Assembly: GCF_009914755.1 (NCBI RefSeq) | Contig: NC_060930.1 | DNA length: 64,000 bases | Strand: one strand, 5' to 3' | Source: the human T2T-CHM13v2.0 reference genome, Homo sapiens | Part shown: positions 21,786 to 34,019 of the stretch, in pieces | Position numbering within the stretch: the first letter of the stretch is position 1 | Layout of the letters: each line of letters starts with the position of its first letter | The notes under the pieces: model-generated | Seen by the model: the letters and a program-made list of their open reading frames with translations, nothing else | What the model was told of the DNA's origin: nothing | Database searches by the model: none | Program-made: the position numbers and the translations under genes

Positions 21786-23225
21786 TTTTGAATTTTTTGC
21801 CTCAAAATGTTTACCTAGTTTGGGGGTCTAGTCATGTTTTCTGGTTGTCTCTTTCTACATTTTATTTATTATTTCCATTTGCTTGAAACAAAATGGGTGA
21901 GTCTAATGGTAAATTTACTGTCAGCTCTGCAGGAAATGATTTTCAAATATTCTTTAGAATAAACAAAGTAACAAAATTTCTAACTAAGCTAAGAACCCTA
22001 ATAAAATGTGTATTATTGCTCATTTTCTTCCAGAAATCTATTGTTTAAGTATTCACCTATCCTAGGCAGGAGGATTTGGGGGTACTAATCACCAAAAAGG
22101 ATGTTGTAATTAATAATGCTAGTAATTTCCTCTATTAAATAGGCTATATATTACTGCACATTGAAATATACATTAACTATATAATAGGATGAACATGAGA
22201 AAGTTCTAGTTTTGAAGACCCAACTTTACTAAATACAAGAATGGGTATCTTTTGCTCTTAGTCTCATGAAAGTTAGAAAGGTTGAACTTTTATTTCTCAA
22301 GGAGCAGATAGTAGATATACATACCATGTTGACTCAAGCCCACAGGAAACACATGGACACTTTGGCTTCTGAAAATGGATACAAGAGACCTCAACTTCAT
22401 TCTCTGAAGCTTGGAAGACATGGCTCATTTTTGAGTTACACTTCCCTGGAATTCTAAAGAATATCTGGCTATTACTGCCAGGTCTTTAATAATATGCCCC
22501 ACAGAATTACTGGTTTTCCAGTAAAGTTTATAATATGCTATTCTTCAAGAAAGATCTCAGGTTGAAAATATCCCTCATGTCAGAAATGTTTGCAAACATT
22601 ATATACTACTTTCAAATCTCAAATTTCAGAGTCTGGTGCCATAAACATCTGTAGAGATCATCTAGTCCAGTTTCTTTATTGCACAGATGAATAAACAGAG
22701 GGCTAAAAGGGTGACTCCATTTCTCACCATGGGTCCAAACCCAGTGTCTTGATATCCAGTTCATCAGACTTTCCATGGTATTCTTCAGGCTCCTACATTC
22801 TTAAGAAAGTAGCTAAGATAATTTCATCTGGTTGAAGCTGTAGGGCTTTCCCAGAGAAGGTAGGGCAATGTCCCATGAAATGAGACCAGTAGGCCGAGTT
22901 CCCAAAACATGTGACCTTTAGAGCTCTGGGCATCCAGGGATCAGGGCTGCCACTTTGTGTGCTTCAAAGGTGGCAATCAGCACCAGGTTTCCCTTTTTCC
23001 ATTCCGCTTTTAAAACCTGGGGGTTCTCTCCAGTTCTCCAGTTACTCGCCTACATAACTATTTGACAACATGTGCTTTGACATGTCTTCTTTTTAACACC
23101 TACTATTGGGAACTTCCTTTCTGCTGAGGTAATTCTCCATAGCTTTGAGGTCTGCTACCCAAGGTAAAAAAGCGTATTTGTTTCTTTCTAACTTGTTGGT
23201 ATGGTTGCCTCAATTTAGCACTTCG

Positions 23226-23505
23226 TTTTATTGCTTTTTAATTGTCAAATAAAAATTGTATATATTTATGTGTGTATACACAGTGGAATAACTAAGTCTA
23301 GCTAATTAACATATATATCAATCACCTCACATGCTTATGATTTTTTTAGAGGGTGAAAAAACTTAACATCCACTTCCTTAGCAATTTTTAAGTACAATTT
23401 ATGAACTATAGTCACCATGATATACAATAGATTTCTTGAACTTATAACTCCTGTTTGTGGAATTTTGTGTCCTTCGACCAACATCTCTCAATCTCCCCAC
23501 CCCCA
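23226..23505 (-). mobile_element. L1MA-type 3' end fragment
   Basis: Reverse-complement L1MA 3'UTR; flanked by TAGCACTTC direct repeats (~23216 / ~23506). Confidence 0.7.
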
Positions 23506-26500
23506 TAGCACTTCACTTTAAATGCGCAAATACGGCCTCTTTTTCTAAAAGCAATAGTTGTTTCATAATGGAGCTATTACGTTGTATTACTGGAAGGATG
23601 TTTTACCACATTCATTACCAAAAATAATAAAAGGCATTAATTGCCTGGTAATAGCCACTCCCTCATACACACAGGGGCAAAGTTATATAAATTGATACAG
23701 ATTACAACCTTAATTTATTTTGCCACTGAATATCCCCAGAGAAAAAGAAAGCTCAGGGGTAAAAATATGTAGTCATTTTGAAGCACTTCAGAATTACTGT
23801 GTTCTTAAAACATTTCCAAATACCAATAAACATGACTAAGGTCATGGCTATATTCTGAGAACATGTATGTTTGAAGAAAGAATTAGCTATGCTTAGGAGT
23901 ATAGGCATTAATTTACTAAATGGGAAGAACTTTTCTTAGTGAAAGCCTACTCTGAGACCTGAATTGCTCAGTATTATTTCTTATATGGTCATATTTAGCT
24001 GTTTTGTTTTTTGAATTATCTGGACAACTGACAAATTTCCACTCTGATTCACTGTGACAATAGACTGCATAGGTCATATAAAATGACATTTTTTAAAAAT
24101 TTACATTGCAATGTTTTAAATTTGTTGGATAATGCTGCGAGTTTAATTATTTTAAAAATTAGTTGTCTCATGCTTCTCCTAAAGAAAGATGAAACAATAA
24201 TACCACCTGGGGAGGTTTAATTTCATAGTCCACAACTGGACTTTCATCTTCAAATATGATGTGAAACATTTATAGTATGAAGTTAAGAACAAAAATTAAA
24301 AGTATTTCAATTTAACGACTACTATTCACACTTCCTTTCTGCCAAGGTAACTCTCCATAGCTTTGAGGTCTGCTTTCCAATGTAAAAAGGACCTTTGTTT
24401 CTTTCTAATGTGTTGGTATGGTTGCCTCCATTCAGCACTTCGTTTTATTATTTTTAAGTGCCAAATAAATAAAACAAACAATGGCAGTGTAGCATTCCAT
24501 GCTAAAAATTATTCCATGCATGCAAAGAAAAACTTCCTATGAGAATTGTTTAAAAGCTGTTTTAAGAGCTCTTGATACAAGTGACAGGACACCACACTCC
24601 ACACTCAGATGGATATCTTCACCTTCAGTCTGTTATTGCTGTGGTCTCCTTTTAATCCCTTCAGCATCCTGCTGAAATCAAGTTTATAAACAGAAGTTTG
24701 AGAATGGATCAACACCAACACTGTCAAATATCTAAGTCAACAGTTTAAATCCTTTAAGTCTACTTCCACTTTCTGAATCTGTAAATTCCTCTATCTCCCT
24801 ATATCTTACAAAAGTAGTTTCACAAATATGTTAGTTGTGAGGCTTTCTCCAAACTGTGTGTCTTTAAAGAAAAGCAAATGATAGCATCAGAAATTATAAG
24901 CAATTAGAGCTACTTTTCCAGGCAAAGCAGAGATGAAAGGCAATTTCTTCCTATTAAGAAATAATTGATATGTGCTCTCAGACTTAGCTATGCATGTCCA
25001 AGTATATCTTATACAATGTAAATTTCCTTCTAATTTTTTCTCTTGTGAAAATATGACAAGGCAAAACATTTGACACACATCTATTTTAAGTGTCCCTTTT
25101 TTGCTATTTGTAAGTTACCATTGTTAAAGGATTGGGTCACATGAATTGTATTTGTATAATCTTATCTTTATATAACCATTTCATAGAGACTCATTAAAAA
25201 GAACTCATTTCTAAAAAGATGAATACGGTTTTAGTTATATTCCCCAGTCTTAGAAATGGGCACAAATGTTAACATGAATACAAGATAAACTAAATTCAAA
25301 AGATTGCAATTATTTCACCAAAGCTAAAGTTGACATGTACATAACATAAAAATAGGGTTTTAAATATGTAAAGAAGGAAAAGTTCAACATTCTTTTAATA
25401 ATCCTCTATATGTCAATAAAAGTAACTTTATCTATTCATTTGAACTGACTATAGAAGATTTTTACCTGGAAGCACTGTTAAGAGCTACTCAAAGTTTGTA
25501 TGAAAATAACTGAACCATCTTTTACTTATTTTTTTCACTAAGTCAAACTGTAATTCCTCCCCACTTAGCTTTTTAGTGAGGTTTCAGGATGCGTGGATTT
25601 CTCTATTTCCCCCTTTTTTTCTTTAAAATTAAATCACCATTCAGTCCATTACTACAGTATTATTCCTAACTAACAGATCATGCCTGAAAACCCTGGCTTT
25701 TACAGAAATGTTTTTAACTAATATTGTTAACAGCTTGAATCCACAAAATCTTCTCAGCTACTCTCCCAAATCCAAACACAACTCCTGTCAGTAAAACATG
25801 AAAAAAATGAGTTTGTGGGGGAAAATCTGTGAGGTTACCATTGTGTTTATCCCCCTCGGTTGGCAACATGAAATGCCAACTCATGATTTAAATAAACCAC
25901 TGGCAACGAAGGGCCTGGCTGGCTGCAAGTCAGTTCTCCAAATCAGTTCTATTCAAGTATCCTTGCTAAGCAGTGTCTTTGCGGTTTTCAGAATAAGACG
26001 ACACAAGTGACAGATAGATTCAGAGATAATGAAATCAGCTAGTTTACGAAAGTGAGAGGTAAACCTTTCTGAAGAGAAAACAGGTATTTCATTGAGTTGC
26101 TATCTTGAAACATTTACTTGTGCTAAAGTAATTTAATTTCACTTATTAACTTCAAGACTAAAGGTGTCTTTATTTTCACAGTATAGATGCTGTTAGAATT
26201 GCAGAATAGAACTAGGATATTAAAAAAGAAATTTTGGTGCAATTTACTTTCATATAGCTCTTTCCTAGCAGTTCAATAAATGGCCATTAATCGATCATAA
26301 AGTGAAATTCTTTTCAAAGAGAAGTTTTGATACTCCCTCTGCCCAGTTAAGGAGTTAAAAGCCAATTCCACGCAACTGGGAACAGTTTATCTCACTGGGG
26401 GCTTCGGGCCCAAATTCAGGGACATCTGTTTGTTTTTCAGTCTCTTCTTGAGGAAGAGGACTCCAGAGGGAAGGAAAGAGAATTTTCTCAACCTGTAGCC

Positions 26501-28499
26501 CATTCCCAAGACTCTGAATCTAAATCTAACTTCTTCAACCTTGATAATGTGCTGGTGGTTTGAATGGCTGGGAGAGTAAAGGGGATCAAATTTAGCTGTG
26601 TTTTACTTTCCGCTTCAGCGTAGAAACAAGAGGCAATCTCATGCGATTGAGAAGTACCACCCTCCTGTAAATGACAACTTTTCAGACATAGAGAAAAGAC
26701 GAAACATTCTCCAATCTTTGGGACGTGTTTTAAAACTCTGGGATGTTTGTTTTTCTCCCTTCACTGTGGATTTAGGGGGAATAAAATGGTTTCCTTCCTA
26801 AATTCTAGATTGATGCTCACTGACCCAATTCCTTGTGTTCCTTCGAACTCCTGTGCAGTCCATACCCTCACTTAGCTTCAGTGAGATTTTTAAAATTGTT
26901 TCAAGTAAGAGGAGATTGAGTAATGTGAATGTAAAGCAGCCTTAGGCAACTAGAATAATGTTCTCTTCAATTTCTTCGTCTGAGATACGCAAAATCGTTC
27001 TTCCTGTAATCCTTTCCGAAAATAACTTTCTGTTGGGCCTTGTTGGACTTGGAGAGGTTGTCATGATTTTCTCTGGAAATTGCAAATAAATAAATAAATA
27101 AAAAGGTCTTCTAGTACTATAGCCATCGTAAAACTTAAAAATGTCAAAGTGACCGGGTACTGGGAATAGGAGGTAGCTACTGGAAGGTGAGCAAGGACAA
27201 AAGCAGGGTTTCCATGCATTGGTTGGACATGCTAGTGGAGCTTGCCTTCCGCCGCTTCCCACCCACCAACCCCCATTCCCCCTGCACAACACTGCCAAGC
27301 CCAGGCTGCTCGAAAAGGAGCCGGCTTCAGCCACCGATGTTCACGCCCAGAGATGTCCAAAACGGAACCTCCGTGTCCAAGGAGGGACTGCGGGACTTGC
27401 GCGAAAGTGGGGGACCGGACCCTCCGGGGCCACACCCACCCGCCCCGTGGAGTCCCTGGTGCGATGGTTGCGTTGACACCTGTACTCCTGCGGGCCTGGG
27501 TGAAGCCGACCCAGCAGAAAGGGTGCGCAGCAGCGGCCAGCGAGACTGGGACCTGAACTCCCCATCTCCCGCACACAGAAGAGCGTACTGTGGCTCTTTG
27601 GATGAGGGTTTCCTCTCTTGCCCCAAAGAAAATGATGATAGGTGGTTGTACCTATCTTCAGAAACGCCTAGGGAGGGCACATTGGGGTGGAGGTGGGATG
27701 GATGTTCTGCTTCACCCTTGCGCCTGGATAATCAGAAGCTCCAGAAGCTGGCAGATTTCATCCAACAGGCAGCTTGGCCCCTAAAAAGAGGCTTGCATGG
27801 AAATGTACTAGAAGAGTGTCTTTATTTTAACTTTTCATTGATTAGAAAACTTTACATAGATTACATTGTTGTTAATTAAGGAAATTGTCGAATCGCTCAA
27901 GATGGCTCACCAGTTACAAGCATTTGGAGACACGGAGCCATTTCCCATCTATAAATTGGGCAACACCAAAACTGCAACCCTAAAACAATTTGGCTTAAAA
28001 TACTCACTTTTAAAACACAAATAGATCTTCAAGGGTTCATTTATTCACAGTCTTATAGCCTGAGACTCTATAAAGACTTTCTGTTGTATTTAAGCTGGGG
28101 AATAACTAGGGTTTGAAATCCATGCTGCCTCTTTCTTGAGTCTAGACTCTTAATGCTCCCAACCTGTTCCCTTGGTCCCCCCAAGTCTGGCCCGCCTCTA
28201 TTCCCGTAATGCCCCTTCCGTCACCTGACCCAGCCATGGAGATAGCCTTGTCTCAATGCATTCCTAAACTTATAGAACTGAAGACTCCACTGTTACACCC
28301 CCTTTCCAGAGAGCTTGGTGGGGGGTAGGCTTGAGAAGGATGGGTAGGGTCGCAGGAAGGAGGGCGAAGCCAGCAGACCTCTCAGGGAGGGCCGGAGAGA
28401 GAAAGGGGTGAAGGTTTTATAGTTGCAGTGCATATACTTCCAGCTCTCCAAAATGAAACATACCATCGCAGCTGGTATTACCGGCTGAATAGGCAGCAA

Positions 28500-29950
28500 A
28501 AGACCTCTCTGTGTACGGGTCCTAGTATGCTTCTTCTTAGCGCCAACGAGTCCTTGTCCCCAAAGTTGCCAAAACTTTAAAGGACCCCGGCCAAGGAGAC
28601 CCCAGCATGAAAAGCCAGACATCCGAGGCCGGGTAAAGCCTCCTGGACTCCTCGAAAGCAGCTCACACCGGGAGCAGCCGGAAGCGGGCGCGATCTATGC
28701 GAAGCTAACGGGTTCCGGTGGAGAACATCAAAGAGAAAGGAGCAGGATCGAACTTTAGAGGGGCAGAAGGGCACGGCCCAAGAGAGCAGAATTGGGGTGT
28801 GGGACAGGCGGCGGGAGGACCAGGTTAGAGGGAGCGAAAGGAAGTGGATTAGAGGACAGCGGTTACAGGTTTCAGCCACTGCCATTTCCCCGCAGAGGTA
28901 GCTCTTCTGCGCCCTGGAGGGGTACCCGGACTCCCACATCCTGTCTGCCACGACCCGGACTCCCTAGGGGATTCCAAGGGACAGCACCGTCCTCCCCATA
29001 CATCATCAGGAACCGAAAGCAGAGAATTTGCCCCACCTCGGCACTTCTGGAAGCACCCACTCAACTACAGTATGAGACAAGGGCTTTCCTAAGAGACCTT
29101 TCTCCAACTTTCTTTCTCTGCGTGTATGAGCCCGGATCCCTTCGTCCCCGCCTCCTTCTCTCTCTCTCTTTCTCTCTCTCTCCTATTTTGTCCTGGGAGA
29201 TTCCTACTCGCGGTGCGAAGCCTCGGATCCGCTGGGAACCGCATAGTCTCCGGCACCCTTGGCCGCATGCTTGTCAGAGGTGGGCCCCGGGAAACACACT
29301 CGCTGCCCCTCCAACAAGCGTCCCTCGCTCCCCATTGGCCCCCCGGTCCCCGCCCCCCACCGCCCCCTCCCGCTCCGCAGCCCCCGAGTGGCGTCAGCAC
29401 GCCCGCCGGGCATGGGCTTTAAATGCCCACTAGCGGGAGCTCAGGCGCTTCTGCCCTGGAGCGCGGTCGGGAGTAAAATCGCAGGAGTGGGAGGGTAGCG
29501 AGCCAGCTGGATTCCGAGCCGCGGAGCGCGCTGGCTTTGCTCCGCCTGATGACTCCAGAGCGCGGGTCCAAGCGCCGCCCATGCAGCACCCCTGAGCTCC
29601 GGGGAAGGAGAGTTAATGAAAAAACACTTAACCGTCTCCGCTGCGGAGAGTCATGAGCTGTCTGGATGTTATGTACCAAGTCTATGGTCCTCCGCAGCCC
29701 TACTTCGCAGCCGCCTACACCCCCTACCACCAGGTACGTGTCTCCTCTGGGGACTTTGGGAAGGAGTGCGCGCCCCCCGCTTGCGGCGGCATGGCCTGTG
29801 CGCCAAGGTCTGCTGTGCCTCCGCGCGTCTCGGGCGTCCGACCACGACCGGCGCAGCCGGGATGCGGGGATTGCCGGAGCCGCCCCCAGTTGGTAGTGCA
29901 ATTAGCTAACCCCTTTAGCTCGCCTGTTTGCTCTCGGGAAGCAGCTAAGC
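28500..29950 (+). promoter_or_regulatory. VGLL2: VGLL2 CpG-island promoter and 5'UTR
   Basis: High GC and CpG density; reverse CCAAT (ATTGG ~29334), GC boxes ~29348-29370, CRE half-site CGTCA ~29392, TATA-like TTTAAAT 29418-29424 (implies a TSS near 29450). Confidence 0.85.
29653..29733 (+). CDS. VGLL2: VGLL2 (vestigial-like 2, TEAD cofactor) coding exon 1, MSCLDVMYQVYGPPQPYFAAAYTPYHQ
   Basis: ATG at 29653; 81 nt matching the VGLL2 N-terminus; donor CAG|GTACGT at 29733/29734; lies in a CpG island. Confidence 0.97.
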
Positions 29951-32070
29951 CCTGCTAATGTGAGCCTAGGTCTTCCCTGGAATAATCAGAGGAAGATGGC
30001 ACGGGCTGGATTTTCTTCTTAGGGTCTGTCGGACTCCAGATTCTTCCAAGCCAGGTGCAGGTACCAGGAAATGCAGGCAAAGCTGACGCAGGAAAAACCA
30101 AACTTTGGTCCCAATGGTGAGAGTAACAACAAAACCAAAAGCGAAGGCCAGCCAGCCTCTTTCTGAGATGCAAGGGCCGGTGTTCTCATCCCTGCAAGTT
30201 TATCTCAGGAATAATTTCTTCCGTTTCAATTCTCTGGCGACCAGGGCAATTAATTCCAGATCCAGAGAATTCATTTCAAAGAGCACCGCGCAGCTTTATA
30301 ATTTTTTCCTTTGCGAAGTTCTGGGAGCATTATCCGGAGTGCGAATGACCCGGCAGAGGCGAGCCTGATAGACAATACTTTGCCTTTCTCCAGCCTGAGT
30401 AGGTGAATGGGGAAGCCCTGCTTCCAACAAACACTTTAAGAAGACCACTCAACCCGGGTTCTGCAAACTCTTCAAGTTCCATTTAATTCTGCCAGTTTCT
30501 CTTGTCTTCAGGCTGCGTCTGTTTGAACCATTTTCCTTCCATTTCCTCAGCTGAGGTAGCAGAAACTGAGGACAGTAGTGCAGGAAAAGAATGAAATCAT
30601 ACACCTGGGAGGCTGTAGGGGTCCCCTCCAGGTTGGAAAGTGAGAGCTTGGTCACCTGCTTTGGGGAAATTGAAATACACCCCAATGCCCCAGTGGATGC
30701 TTTTGCTAATTTTGCCTGCAAATTTAAAATGTCTATTCGAAAATTTCCCGATAAATTAATGATGGACCGGATAGGGTTCACTTTTTGTTTTCTTACCTCC
30801 TCTTCTCTTTTAAACTTCACAACTTGCAGTTTGTTTTGCCTCAGTGTTAATTTTAAGAATCACCAGAGTTCCTCTTGTAGGGAAGGTGGCATTTAGGAAG
30901 TGGTGATATTGCTAAATCTTACATCGTTTTGTCCCCAATTATTTCAAACCTTTTGGCTCCAGCTTCTGAAATGTACTTCTTCCCAGGGTGGGACTATGGC
31001 AAGCAAAGAGGAGAGAGGTGGATTGGTTTTCTGACTGGCCCTTTCTTCTCCCAGACCCCGAACCAATCTATTGCATGAAGATCTCTGTTCATTTTTGTAT
31101 GACTCGGGCCGCCTCTTCAAGGCCATCTCTGCCTGCAGAATGCTTTAACACTTCATTCAGTCCATTGCTCATTTCTAAGAAAATGTTCACAGAAGCTGCG
31201 CCTGCTTTTTAAAATCACTATGAGACATACCGATTTACCCCACCTCACAGCCAGGATCTTAACTTTCTTCTGTCTGCTCCTTTTTATCATTTCCTCAATG
31301 TGTGTGGAGATGATGGGGGTGGAAATACTCGTAATCCACTGGTCTTTCGTTATTAAAGAGAAGATCTGTTTAAAAACTGATATAGGGATAATAAAAAAAA
31401 AATCAACTTGCATTTATTAAAATGATCCGTGTTTCCCCAGTCATGTTACCCCAGATTTTTACCCCACACAATTCATTACTAAATGTAATTATTTCAAACT
31501 TTTTGTGGCATTTCTTCCTTTACATTCCTGTTGCTTTCCTTCACACATTCCTAGTTGCAGGGAGTGGATTTTGTAGGGGTAGGGGGTTGCCCCCCGCTCC
31601 TATTTCATCAGGAGGATGTTTATCCTGTATCCTGTGCTTCTGCCCTGGATTCTCAGGCAAGGAACAGTCAGGCTCTATCTGGACTTGGGTGCCCTTTACC
31701 CTTGGAGTCTGATTTTAAAAATATATCTGCCCTGAGCCCAGCTATGAGGTCAAACTCAGCTCTAAACCTAGCTGCTTAGGTGTCTCCTGAAACCTTCACC
31801 CAGACATTTTAGGAGAAATTTTCTAGGAGTCAGAGGGACCAAGGACAGCAATCTTCCTTTAAGGAAGCCCGTCCTTGCTTGGGTGCAGGTTGGGAGGCCT
31901 GCTAACTATGTTGCCCCGCTATTGCTAGTTTTATGCTAACAGCACAAGGCTTAAGCCCATATGCCAGTTTCCCCATAAATACCTTAGAGATTAGGATGAG
32001 GGAATCAGTCTGAACCGAATTTGCCATCGCTTTTGAAATTGATATCTCTGTTCTTTCTCTCTCTGAACAG

Positions 32071-32380
32071 AAACTAGCCTATTATTCCAAAATGCAGGAA
32101 GCGCAGGAGTGCAATGCCAGCCCCAGCAGCAGTGGCAGCGGCAGCTCCTCATTTTCCAGCCAAACCCCAGCCAGTATAAAAGAGGAAGAAGGCAGCCCAG
32201 AGAAAGAGCGCCCACCAGAGGCAGAGTACATCAACTCCCGCTGCGTCCTCTTCACTTATTTCCAGGGGGACATCAGCTCCGTGGTGGATGAACATTTCAG
32301 CAGGGCCCTGAGCCAACCCAGCAGCTACTCTCCTAGCTGTACCAGCAGCAAAGCACCAAGGAGCTCTGGGCCCTGGCGAG
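32071..32380 (+). CDS. VGLL2: VGLL2 coding exon 2 (Tondu/TEAD-binding domain: RCVLFTYFQGDISSVVDEHFSRAL)
   Basis: Acceptor ttctttctctctctgaacag|AAA at 32070/32071; donor GAG|GTGAGT at 32380; 310 nt in frame with exon 1; Vg signature VDEHFSRAL. Confidence 0.97.
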
Positions 32381-34019
32381 GTGAGTATAGGGCCCTGCTG
32401 GGAAGGACCCATAGGGGGTCCTCTCAGCCTGGGGTTCACCTACAGGAGCCTAAAAACATGCAGCTGAAAAGAATATTAGGTGTCAGAGAAGGTGTGCAGA
32501 GGAGCATTTGGAAAGGGTAAGGAAAACGCAGGGGTAAAGGGCATGGATATAAGAAAAAACTCCTTGGAAAAAACACTATCCTTGGAATTGGAAGACCTAG
32601 GTTTGTGTGTTGGTTCCACCACTTCCTAGCAATATAACCTTGGGCAAGTCTCAACCTCTTTGAGGTCACTCTATTTACTGCTCTCTTAAAGTAGAATAAC
32701 ACTTACCCTCCTAACCCCAGAGAAGGCTGTAAGACTCCAACAAGAAAATGGATGCAAATATGCCGTCAAAAACGTGAGGTTTCCAGCACCCTCCCAAACC
32801 AGTGAGTGAAGGAGCTTCACTCTAAAGAGCACTTTCCCAATCTGCCAACATTTTCCCAGAGGAAACAGTTCTAGAGCTCCATGCAAGCAAAACCTGTTTG
32901 AGAATGTCTCCTAAAACCTACCTTTGCCTTTCACCAGGCTCCAATTGCTTGAGAAATCTTGAAGCAGAAGCGTCTCAATAGCAAGTAAAATAACAAAGAA
33001 ACAAAAATTTAGATACAGCCAGAACACCTCTAAGAGTTTTCCCAAAACACATCCCCTTTTTATTTTTCTACCTTCCCCCACAAAGCACTGCTTTTTTCTA
33101 CCCTAGGACAATTATTTGTTGGACAACTCAACTAAATCTCCCTTCTATTCTGAAATCTCAACTTCCCTTTATTACCAACAAAACAAAGGTGGGGGAACCA
33201 TTAAGTAAACTTGGCTCACTAAGCTGTATTTGATGTGTACCAAGCTGAGAAAGGGGGACTTTGTTGTAAAAACAAAAACAAATTTTCATTTGTCTTTGGG
33301 AGGGAAATTACAACCTTCACCCCCTTTTTTCCCCCTTAAGAGACGCTGGCAGTTTGCATAAGGCTTGCCCTTAGACAAGATCCAAAAAACATTCATTTTA
33401 AATACAGAACATTCTTTTTATTCTCTGCCTAAATATGTTTAACAGGAAGACTCTTCACCACTTAGAATGCATTTTCAAATCATTTAAAATTCTCTAGTTT
33501 ATCGTGCAGATGCCTTCCACAGAGGAGGTGTTCCATAAAGGTTCCATGAATTAAATATCTGTCTTTCTCTCCCTTCTTACTAATGGCAACAAATTTGATC
33601 TAAACGCTGTTCTCTTAAAATGCTGTCACGGGCTAGGAACCAACAGTGACACTGACAATAGTAATAATAATTATTATTATCCCTGGCGTCCTCGTTTTGA
33701 TACAAAAGTTAATGAAAACTTAGGATAAAAGACCTGTCTATTCGTGTCCTTCTGTGCAAATAATAGAGCTGCCCTTTAATGCGACTAGTTTACTCTTTTG
33801 CTTGAGTTTTTGGAGAAAAATATTTGAAAGAAGGTTTCTAGAAAGAAAACTAACAATAGCAAGACTTCAAAATATGTCGATGGACTTTCAGTCTGTCAGA
33901 GACGTTAGGTGGTGGGGGGCACATTTTCTGGAGCAAGAAGGCTGAAACGCGAGAGGGGGTAGTGAGATCACTAGGCGGCCGACCAAGAGTGGGAAGAGGT
34001 ATCGTTAGCTTGAGGAGAG

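Noticed and set aside
27187-29433. Many 70-230 aa ORFs on both strands around the CpG island
   Set aside because: Expected stop depletion in GC-rich DNA; no recognisable domains; several begin at non-ATG codons
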